Assembly (NCBI RefSeq): GCF_963921235.1
Contig: NC_086097.1
Coordinates: forward strand, 190,218,001-190,282,000
From: Mobula hypostoma
Lineage: Eukaryota
Direction of reading: 5' to 3'
Length of the DNA: 64,000 nt
Shown here piece by piece: positions 25,539-35,999 of this stretch (position 1 is its first letter; every line of letters begins with the position of its first letter). The notes beneath the pieces are model-generated. The model made no database searches and was not told where the DNA came from. It saw only the letters and a program-made list of their open reading frames with translations. The position numbers and the translations under genes are program-made.

Positions 25539-26485
25539 CAGGCAGAGTTTGGCATGGGCACTCTGACAGATCGAGCCACAGATCAGCAATTTTAGAGCAT
25601 CATCTAGGTTTGGACATGCTTTGAATTTACTAAGCAGATCTATGCAAGAACACCTGCAGTGAGAGGCACTGGGCTCACATTTGTATTTCTCAGGATGCAA
25701 AAGCCATAGATTGAAGAAGAAGATCCGTTTCTAACCTTCTTAATATTTATATAGAAAATGAGCTACAATGGTTTGAAAAACACAAGATGCTGGTGCAAAT
25801 GCAATGGAGTCAGGAGACAACATCAATGATCGTTTACACTGTTTTTCTCTGCAGAGATGCGGCAATACTCTATGGGTACTTAATCTCCTGGTCTGACTCC
25901 CATTTAGTTAAATTTTAGAAGGGATAATTGACATGACTTTGGTCAAATGCTGCTTTAAATCCAGCAAAGTCTCCCTCATCTCATCTCTGGAGCTTTTTGG
26001 ATCATGTTTGTATTACATCCATGATAAGTTCTACTGAGCTGAGTGGTCCTGGCAGAGTAGAGCAGATTACTGGCATGTGAGTATCATTTGATAGCATGTG
26101 GAGGATACATTCCAATACTCTAAGAGTGGATATTTGGTAATAATAAACCAATTGGTCTATTCTAATTAGAGTGCCAGTAGCAATCACATCGACTGTGATG
26201 AAGTGCTTTGAGAGGTTGGCCTTGGCTAGAATCAACTCCTGCCTAGGCAAGGACCAGAACCTACTGCAATTTGCATAATAGGTCTACAGTACCTGCAATC
26301 TCACTGGTTCTCCACTTGGCCTTGGATCACCTAGAAAACAGAAATACCTACAGTATGTTAAGCTGCTGTTTATTGACTACAGCTCAACATTCAACACAAT
26401 CATACCCTCAATTATAACCAACATGCTCCAAAACCTAGGCCTCTGCTCCTCCCTCTGCAACTAATTCCTTATCTTCCCCAGTGCG

Positions 26486-26719
26486 TGTGGTAAACCATAT
26501 ATATATATGTTGTAACTGGGTTACCTGTCTGGACAGGCTCCTCTGCTTTCTGCCCCTGTGGCTCCTCCCACAGACCCCTGAATAAAGGCGATTGGGCCTT
26601 GGCTCCTCCTCAGTCCAGGGGCAGACACTCAGTGTGCTGGAGGTCATATTTTACTGCGAATAAAAGCCTTTCAGTATTTACTCTACTTCCAGTCTTTTGG
26701 AGTTGTTCATGGTGCATCA
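26486..26719 (+). mobile_element. Short solo LTR (234 bp)
   Basis: TG...CA ends, AATAAA at ~26659, 5-bp flanks GTGCG/GTGAG. It interrupts the Rex RT sequence cleanly. Confidence 0.7.
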
Positions 26720-27534
26720 GTGAGAAACCACAGTCTGTGCAGATAGAAAATAACATCTCCCCCTCACTGACAGTCAACACTGGTGCACTTCAAGGATGCA
26801 CACTTAGACCACTGCTGTACTCTCTCTACACCCACAATAGTATGGCTAGCCACAGCTCAAATTCCATTTCTAAATTTGCTGACAACACAACTCTTGTTGG
26901 CAGAATTTCAGATAATGACAAGGAAGCATACAGGAATCAAATGGAATACATTGCATTCAATGTCAGTAAGACCAAGGAATTGATTGTGGACGACAGGAAA
27001 GAGAATTCAAGGAAACCTCAGACCTTATTGAGGGATTAGAAGTGAAAAGGGTTTCAAGTTTCAAATTTCTGGATGTCATCATCTCTGAGAATCTATCCTG
27101 GGTCCAACATATTGACCCAATTACAAAGAAGGCATGACAGTGGCTATACTTCATTAAGAGTTTTAAAAGAATTGGTATGTTACCAAAGACACTTGCAAGT
27201 TTCAATAGATGTAAAAGGGAGAGCATTCTACATCACTGCCTGGTATGGAGGGGCTACTGCACAGGATCAGAAAAAGCTGCCGCAAGTTATAAACGCAGCC
27301 ACCTCCATCAAGGGCACTAGTCTCCCTATCATCCAGGACACCTTCTAAAGGCAATGCCTTAACAAGATGACATCCACCATTAAGGACTCCTATCACCCAG
27401 TTCATGCCCTCTTCTCATTGTTACTATTAAGGAGGTGGTACAGGAGCTTGAAGACACACACTCATCATTTCAAAAGCAGCTTCAGATTTCTGAATGGAAA
27501 ATGAATTCATGAGAAGCATCTTAATATTTTCCCT

Positions 27535-27665
27535 ACCAAAAGGATTTGGCCGGAAACGTCAACCGTTTACTCTTTTACATTGGTGCTGCCTGACTTGTTG
27601 AGTTCCTCCAGCATTTTGTGTGTGTTGCTTAAATTTCCAATATCTGTAGGCTTTCTCTTGTTTTC
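27535..27665 (+). mobile_element. Penelope-like 3' terminal unit
   Basis: GGCCGGAAACGTCAAC...GCTGCCTGAC tail. Flanks AATATTTTCCCT / AATATTTTTCCCT. Confidence 0.75.
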
Positions 27666-27690
27666 AATATTTTTCCCTCTCTTTTTGCAC

Positions 27691-27754
<64 letters not shown>

Positions 27755-27785
27755 CATATATATACACATATATATATATGTATAT
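27691..27785. repeat. (TA)n/(CA)n compound microsatellite
   Basis: Directly visible. Confidence 0.95.
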
Positions 27786-28639
27786 AGTTACGTACCCCGT
27801 AACTGGGTTGCCAAACCAGCAGAAATGGATTACTCAGTTGGAGTCTGGTTACTAGAACTAAGAAAGTTTCAAAGTGACGCAAAGTTCAGTTCAATTTAGT
27901 TCAGTTCAGTTCTCAGTAATCGCTGCCGTGGGAGATGGTCAGTGTGGGGGAAGGAGGGAGAGAGCAAAACGAACGAATATTCAAACGGCTTCCACACAGA
28001 CCTTCGATATTCTTCACAGTCAGCTTTCATGCGAGCCCTTTGTGATGTCATCTGAGGTCACCGACCGTGACCCCTCCGTTTCCAGATACGATCGCTTCTC
28101 TGCGGTGAACCTGGCACCCAGGCAAGGGTGGACACACACCAGGTTCCCGCCGATCGTGCCTTTCCACCCTGTGCGTCTATGGCTTGACCCGCAACCAGCC
28201 GTCCAAAACTTCCCACCGACTTGTGGGAGACGCACCGCTTCCAGGGTCTCATTACCTCGGGCTGTCGTGTCTGTCCTGCCTTAGCGAACCTGTCCCTTTT
28301 TATCCCCCTGCTGGGGTATCGACTGTCCATCACTTCAAACAGTTCAGGGTTCAAAGGGGGAGCCGACCTTGACAGCTCTCCTTCCGTTAAACTCTCCTGT
28401 CCCTTCATTAACATCTCCAAATGCTGCTCCATTGTTTTCCTTATCTCTCTTTCTTCTGAAGACAGGCGGCAGACCAACTGCTGATCCCACTGGTGCCAGC
28501 ACAGGCCACCTAACATCTTAATCTATGTGTATTCTCGTCACACTTCTCACCTTTTAGGATTTTTACCGGGGTAAAAATTACAAACATGAATACATTATTT
28601 GATACACACAAATACACATCTTTATCAGCTATTTGGCTA

Positions 28640-29165
28640 ATACAACGAATTTGAAGTTGTCAACACCTGACAGACAGTCAGCCATCACATTTTCTGTTCC
28701 TTTTACATGTGTTATTGATAATCCCTTAGACCAGGCTCCAACTTAGCAAACTTCATAGTGGCCAAAAACACCGATGAATTGCGATCAATGTAACCTCTCA
28801 TTGGGTTTCGTCCCGGACCACAATAACAAGGGTTGTCCCATTCCGACTTAGTTTTCTCTCACAAGGGTTTAGTAGGAGGGGGAGTGGTAGTAACCGCAGA
28901 GTTATTGCAAAACTTCCTACAGTACCCCACCATCTCCAAGAGCCTTCTGAGGGCCCTCTTGTCTGTCGGGGTTGGGATGTCAGAGATAGCCCGCACTTTA
29001 GCTTGCATTGCTGCCAGCTGCCCCTGTGTCACCACAATTCCCAGGTAAGTGACCTTCGTGTGGCCGAACACATTTTTTTCAAGGTTCACTATCAAGCTGG
29101 CTTCAGACAGCCGTATTACATCGCCAATACACACCTCTGTGTTCGTCAGCCCTTTCGTCACTTAA
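28640..29165 (-). pseudogene. Remnants of RT thumb and RNase H
   Basis: VTYLGIVVTQGQ, PTPTDKRALRRLLEMVGYCRKFC, ITHVKGTENVMADCLS. Confidence 0.8.
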
Positions 29166-29316
29166 TTACTCATTCTATAGGATTGTTGCTCGCTAGGCTA
29201 GCCTAGCGTACCAAACACCACCCAACGTCCCAGTTCTTTGCATCGCCTCGGGACAATCAAACACACGTGTGCGAGCCGTTTAATTACTTCTCCTAAAGAG
29301 TCGCTTTGTTCGGGGA

Positions 29317-31650
29317 TTAAGGGAGAGACCTTATCACAGAGCTGGCCAAAACAATAGCCTTCTCCCATCTGGTCGATATCATACTCACCTTTTCAAAATG
29401 TTTTTTTTCTCTTATCAGGGGGACCCTAGCTTCATTGATTTCCGCGTTAACACCGACTAGGTTTGTTAGCATATCAAAAGCCTGTGACCGTCTCAGTTTG
29501 CGTTGGCCATAACCAATAACATCCTTCCTCCTGTGCAGCCGGTAAACCTCTTTCATGATTCCATCAACTGTTTCCTCCAGCACCTCAACATGTCCACCGG
29601 GGGGTACCTTTTGTGCCAGGTTAAAAATCTCATCCCCATAACTCTTTTGCACCATCCCCCATTCCTCATCTGTGGGTACGGTACTTGGTCTCCCTTTCTT
29701 TCTTAGCACTTCCTCCTCCACACAATAGCCTACTGGTTCCCTTGTTAATTCTGCGTCAGAGAGAGCTGTCTCCACCCAAACCATCAGCCCCTCGTCTCGC
29801 TCCTGCGCCTGCACAAATTCCTTCCTGGCTAATGCTAAGTCTGTCGCAGCTCCCTCACTACTTCTTGTTTCACTACACTCCTTCTTTTCACTTTCTACCC
29901 CCTTCTCGTACAAGGCTGGCAGAAACGTCTCAGCGAAATTTATTTCCACAGTGCCGTGATGAACCTATGAGTCCATGGGCGGGCCTCAACGCTGGCAGGC
30001 TGACCTGTCAATCTCACCGCTGGGAACACGATTCCCCCGGCGAGGTCATTACCGAGCAAGACTTCCACGCCTTTCATCGGTAATTCGGGCCTTACCCCGA
30101 TGGTGACTAGTCCAGAGACCAGGTTGCTTTGTAAGTGTATCTGGTGCAAAGGGACTGCCTCTGTCCCTTCCCCAATACCTTTGACCTTGACCTCCCCAGT
30201 CTGGGTCTCTGAGCTAAACTCTAATACACTCTTCAGTATCAGTGACTGATACGCTCCCGTGTCTCTCCAGATCTGCACTGGAACTGGGTTTAACCCCTCC
30301 TTCACTGACACCAATCCGGCTGAGATAAATCTCCCGCGCCCTTCCTGAACTTTGGCAGACCTGTCCTCTCCCAGCGGTTCATTTACCAGCTTGATACAGC
30401 CAGTCAAAATCGCCGTTTTTCCTTTTCCCGTCTCCTTCTTTGGGGCAAAGCACCTGGACGCAAAGTGTCTGACTTTCCCGCAATTATAACAGACGACCCC
30501 AGGAGACTTCCTACCAGACTGCTCCTGGTCTACCTTATCCTTCTCACTAGTCCCCGGCTTACTTTCTGACTTTTCTGGCGGACTCTCCCCGCCGTCCTGA
30601 TTACCCTTCTGGTAGCCTTTACTCGGGGCAAACTTCATTTTATGCGTCAACGCATACTCATCCGCTAACTTAGCAGTTGCGGCTAACGTGGCTGCCTCTT
30701 TCTCATCTAGGAAGGGTCTCATACCCTCAGGGACACAACCTTTAAACTGCTCAATCAGGATCAGCTGTAGCAGTCTGTCACAATCCCCCTCTACCCCCTT
30801 CGAGGTGCACCAATGCTCACAATATGTCTGCATCTCACGGGCAAACTCTAAATACATGCGGTCCCACTGCTTCCTCGCATTCCGGAACCTCTGCCGGTAT
30901 GCCTCCGGGACCAACTCATAAATCCTGAGGATGGCCTCTTTCACCACCTCATACCTCTGGGCATTTTCTGCGGACAAAGCTGAGTAAGCTTGTTGGGCTT
31001 TCCCTTTCAGTACACTCTGAAGCAAAACAGCCCACTTATCCCTCGGCCAGCCCTGACTTGTAGCAACTTTTTCGAAATGGAGAAAGTACCGATCCACATC
31101 GGTATCGTCAAATGGGGGAACCAGCCTAACCTTCTGGGTCGCCCGGAACTCTCCACCTTGGTTCGGCACGGGCCCCTGCTCTGCCCTTATCTTTAACTTC
31201 TCCAGCTCGAATTCCCTTTCCCTCTGTTTCTCCTCTCGCTCCAACTGTCTCTCTCTCTCTCTCCTGCCTTTCTAACTGTTTCTCTTTCCCCCGCCTTTCT
31301 AACTCTTTCTCTCTCTCCTGCCTTTCTAACTCTCTCTCCTGCCTTTCTAACTGCTTCTCTTCGTGTTCTAACTGCCGTACCCGGAACTCGTGCTCGAGTG
31401 TCAGTTTTTCAAGCTGCACCTGTACTGCGTCTCCAGCAGGTTTTTCAATAGACACTACCTCCAGCTCCCCTTGGGGAAACACACCTTTAGATACATAGTG
31501 CTCTACGATAGCTCTGTGTATCTCCTCTCTCCTCATTGTCGACTTCCCCTTAGCAAGATTCAACCATTTGGCCACAGCTACCAATTCCGCTTTCCTGGCA
31601 TCCTCTAATGCTTCCAAGGTCGGCGCCTTTATAAATCCCTCAACCTCCAT
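29317..31650 (-). pseudogene. gag (coiled coil, SCAN-like capsid, CCHC knuckle) + protease + integrase remnant; two frameshifts
   Basis: ORFs 31126-31650, 29940-31244 and 29317-29949. Motifs: LVPEAYRQRFR...LILIEQF, CYNCGKVRHFASRC, RDTGA, LLGNDLAGG, AQKVPPGGH. Confidence 0.88.
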
Positions 31651-31725
31651 TTCTGCTGTTTGTCTTTTCTTTCTTTCGGGAATTTTAACCCAATCAATTA
31701 CTCCATCCCAAATTTAACGTTCAAA

Positions 31726-31743
31726 ATCCCGGACGGGCCCCCA
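31726..31743 (-). promoter_or_regulatory. Primer-binding site for tRNA-Pro
   Basis: TGGGGGCCCGTCCGGGAT, one mismatch from the canonical tRNA-Pro PBS TGGGGGCTCGTCCGGGAT, 4 nt from the 5' LTR end. Confidence 0.9.
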
Positions 31744-32758
31744 CTTATGTTACGTACCCTGTAACTGGGTTGCCAAACCAGCAGAAATGGATCACTCAGT
31801 TGGAGTCTGGATTACTAGAACTAAGAAAGTTTTATTAAAGAAACAAGCAACACAGTACTCTAATCAAAAGGATAATAAATGCAACAGTTCAGCAATGATA
31901 AACACACATGTACACAGTATTAAGATAACAGGATCAATCAAGCTCTATCGTTGTCTAGGGGTAAATGACCAGTTTCAAAGTGACGCAAAGTTCAGTTCAA
32001 TTTAGTTCAGTTCTCAGTAATTGCTGCTGTGGGAGGTGGACAGTGTGGGGGAAGGAGAGAGAGAGCAAAACGAATGAATATTCAAACGGCTTCCACACAG
32101 ACCTTCGATATTCTTCACAGTCAGCTTTCGTGCGAGCCCTTTGTGATGTCATCTGAAGTCACCGACTGTGACCCCTCTGTTTCCAGATACGATCGTTTCT
32201 CTGTGGTGAACCTGGCACCCAGGCAAGGATGGACACACACCAGGTTTCTGCCGATTGTGCCTTTCCACCCTGTGCGTCTATGGCTCGACCCGCGACCAGA
32301 CGCCCAAAACTTCCCACCGACTTGTGGGAGACGCACCGCTTCCAGGGTCTCGTTAACTCGGGCTGTCGTGTCTGTCCTGCTTTAGCGAACCTGTCCCTTT
32401 TTATCTCCCTGCTGGGGTATCGCCTGTCCATCACTTCAAACAGTTCAGGGTTCAAAGGGGGAGCCGATCTTGACAGCTCTCCTTCCGTTAAACTCTCCTG
32501 TCCCTTCATTAACATCTCCAAATGCTGCTCCATTGTTTTCCTTATCTCTCTTTCTCCTGAAGACAGGTGGCAGACCAACTGCTGATCCCACTGGTGCCAG
32601 CCCAGGCCAGCTAACATCTTAATCTATGTGTATTCTCGTCACAATATATATACTTATTGTAATTTGTAGTTTTATTGTTATGTATTGCAATGTATTGCTG
32701 CCACAAAACAGCAAATTTCACAATATATGTCAATGATATCAAACCTGATTCTGATTCT

Positions 32759-32913
32759 TAAACGCGAGAAAATCTACAGATGCTGGAAATCCAAGCAACC
32801 CAAAGAAAATGCTGGAGGAACTCAGCAGGCCAGACAACATCTATGGAAAAGACTACAGTTGACATTTCAGGCGGAGACCCTTTTATCAGGACTTGAGAGA
32901 GCAAGATGAGGAG
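32759..32913 (-). mobile_element. Penelope-like 3' terminal unit inserted in the Rex (ATTCTG)n tail
   Basis: CAGTTGACATTTCAGGCGGAGACCCTTTTATCAGGACT homology; CTGATTCT on both sides. Confidence 0.75.
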
Positions 32914-33414
32914 TCTGATTCTGATTGGATTTGTCTTGCGTTTATGAACATGACAAACTTGGGAAATGCTCTACAATCAAGAGTTGATGCCATGGTGTAA
33001 CTGCACTGAAGCAGCTTGACAAGAAGCATGACCAGTCTTGGAGAGTCTTCAGCTGGAATGCTTTATGGCCTCATAAGTTGTTCAGAATATCATCCACATA
33101 CAAAGAATCTAGTGCTCGAGTATACAAACCCAACATCATAACTACTATTACACAAGAATTATTAGAAGTCTACTCAAGATACAAAAGTTAGCAGTTATGC
33201 TAGTTTTCACCACAAAAGTAATTCCGCTTGCCCCAGGTGATATGACAAGGAATGGGAGTAGGAAAGTTGGATTGTAGTTGGAATAAAAGTGGAATAAAAG
33301 TATGAGAAGCCCAAATCCCAGAACGGCTTTACTAGGGCCACTCAGCATTCATAAGCCATCATCCAGCAGTGGGATAGCTTTCTAGTGCCACCATGCTTTC
33401 CATCCACTCCTTTG

Positions 33415-34032
33415 GTGTCAGGAACTTGGAAATCCTAGTGCAGAATTCCCTAAAGGTTAACTTGCATGTTGACTCATAGTAAAGAAGGCAAATGAATATT
33501 AGAATATAAAAGCAAGGATGTAACACTGAGGCTTTATAAGGCACTGGTCAGACTGCACTTGGGACATGGTGAACAGTTTATCGAAGAAAGTGTCCAGAGG
33601 AGGCTTATTAAGATGATCCCAGGAATGAAAGGGTTAACATATGAGCAGCATTAGATGGCTCTGCACCTGTACTTGCTGGATTTTAGAAGAATGAGTGGGG
33701 ATCTTATTGAAACCTTTCAAATATTTAAAGTCCCATGTAGAGTGGACAGGGAAAAGATGTTTCCTATAGTGGGTGAGTCTAGAATCAGAGAGCACAGCCG
33801 CACAACAGAATGATGTACCTTTAGAACAGAGATGAGGCGGCATTTCTTTTGCCATAGGGTAGTAAATCGGAAGAATTAATCGTGACAGTTTGATAGTTTC
33901 TTGATTAGGAAGGGTGTCCAAGGTTACATGGAAAAGACATAGGATTGAGAAGGATAATAAATCAGCCATAATTGAATGGTGGAGTAAACTTAATGGGCAA
34001 ATGTCCTAATTCTACCCCTCTGTCTTATGTCT
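33415..34032 (+). mobile_element. Old CR1 3' fragment
   Basis: LRLYKALVRLHL, RRMSGDLIETF motifs and a CR1 3' UTR. Confidence 0.8.
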
Positions 34033-35711
34033 TACCTGTGAGCCCTGGGTGCGTTCAATTTTGACATTATCAATAGTAGGAAATGCAAAATGGGACTTAC
34101 TCCAGGAGGTATGGCTCACTAATATCTAAAGTGCTTGAGTAAGTCTTCATTAAGGTTCAAGAAACCCAAGATGTTGTTATCAATGGTCTTAATTTTGTAA
34201 ATGTAGATGATCAGATCTAATATGTAGAATTTATCAGCAATATGGCTAAAGTACTATTTAGCCTTCTGTTTGTGGATATGCATGCTTACTTTTCATAAGA
34301 ATATTTACTAAATTTGCTAATCCTGAGAATCTATTATTAATTTTTATTCTACCCTAATGCAATTTTCCCCTGCCAAGTTATCAAGTGACCAACCAAGGAC
34401 CTGCAAAAACAAAATATTGTAAGAGAATCTAGTCCATAAGACCTATCTAAACTTTGGCTCATGGCAGGAATATCCCGTCTGCAGTCAACGCAACAAACTA
34501 TACAATGCACTGCACTTAGGGAAGCTTTACAATACCAGCTCATATCAAAATATATAACTCACTAAGGCTGTTTGAATTTGACCACTGCTTGTGTCTTCTA
34601 ACTTTAAAGTGTTCAATCTCATGTAAAATATATGTGCAACTGCATCAATCAGATTCAAGCAGCTGTGCAGCTGAGCAAAAAGGCAAAGGGCAAAAATTAG
34701 AACTGGGGTAGATAATCAAAGAGAAATAATAATCTTCATTAACATGTCCTCATATTTTCTGATAAAAGAGAAAAATCAGATAGATTTACATCCTGTTGGA
34801 GTTTTCAGAATTAACTGCTTCTTTCTTTAAATACAGTTTTGATTCCCAATTTTCAGCCTTTTACAACTTTGAATGTTACCATCTGTGACAATAAAAATCT
34901 TCATGCATGCTACATGAGAAGCCAGGAGTAAAACAGAATCTTGCAATACAATTTCACATGAAAAATATAAGGCTATTGGGAATATGAGTAATTGTTGAGA
35001 CAATAATTTAATATTCAGAAAATGGCTCCCAGATGGTTGATTCTTATGCACATTATGTTTTGGAGCAAGTATTTGCAGGAGCATTGTTGTGTCCTGGGTA
35101 TCCTTTACTCAGCTAGATGCTCATCACGTGGAATATACTTGAACTGCCAGAATTACTCAAATAAACAAATTTAGTTTATTAAGGAAATAACTCACTTGCC
35201 ATTTCTTACACATAAGAGTAAACTCAAACTGGAATAGCTGCTCCATGCATACACCTTTTATCAAATTAGATATCACATATTCGCAACCACAACATGGAAT
35301 ATATTATCCAAGTACAGAACTAAACAAATACTGTAAATATTGTAAATACACCACAGTCAGTGTTTGCAATAGAGCTGAAGATTATAAGTACAAAGTTGGT
35401 TATAACCAACCAGCATATTTATATTATAATAAATGCCCAGTATAGCCAGGCATATTCTTACAGTGTAAAAACTATTGCCAATGTGTCACTACCCTATAAA
35501 TTCGGATGGTTGAGAAATTTGTCACCTCAGAAGGGTGATACTTTAAACATTTACAAGGGACATGCTACCTATGCTTTTTGTTGGGGAGCCACAGCAAAGT
35601 TCAGTAGCAGCAGTGCGCCATTGAAAGGCTCTTAGAGATTTTCCTTTGTGTGTGTGAGATCAAAAAGAAAAAAATAATACGGAGATCTGAGGCAACTTAA
35701 GATGAAAGGTA

Positions 35712-35999
35712 AAAGCAGAAAATGCTGAAATACTCAGTAAGCCAGATTGCGTTTTCTTTCCACGGCTACTGTCTGACCTGTGAGTATTTTCAGCAGTTTC
35801 TATTTCTGTTTTAGACTTCTAGAACCAGCAGGTTTTTATTTGATTACCAACAAGTTGAAGGTTCATAGACACAAGAGGCACTGCAGACACTGGAAGTCTA
35901 AAGCAATATACACAATGTGCTGAAGGAGCTCAGCAGGTCTGGCAGCACCTGTGGATGGGAATAAACAGTCGACATTTTGGGCCAAGACCCTTCATCAGA
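35712..35999. mobile_element. Old fold-back tail (35712-35845) plus Penelope-like terminal unit (35867-35999, minus)
   Basis: Minus strand CTGATGAAGGGTCTTGGCCCAAAATGTCGACT is a degenerate hammerhead. Confidence 0.65.

Larger units (their letters stand above)
27786..32643 (-). mobile_element. Gmr1-like Gypsy LTR retrotransposon with two LTRs and internally deleted pol
   Basis: 3' LTR 27786-28542, 5' LTR 31748-32643, TSD ATAT, PPT AAAAGGTGAGAAG next to the 3' LTR, PBS next to the 5' LTR. Confidence 0.93.
26165..32926 (+). mobile_element. Rex1/Babar LINE (RT to tail) hosting four nested insertions
   Basis: [43 protein letters not shown] motifs; (ATTCTG)n tail at ~32745-32926. Confidence 0.85.

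Noticed and set aside
27580..27882. ORFs with YIYI/HTHT/VCVC runs (also 40322-40561)
   Set aside because: Translations of dinucleotide microsatellites.
28058..28516. 152-aa ORF repeated in both LTRs (also 32159-32617)
   Set aside because: No recognisable domain; explained by LTR duplication; broken by indels in the solo LTRs.
27786..32643. Asymmetric CpG decay between the 5' and 3' LTR
   Set aside because: Hand count gave 8 versus 1 in the first 240 nt but 0 versus 3 in the next 220 nt, so there is no convincing bias.
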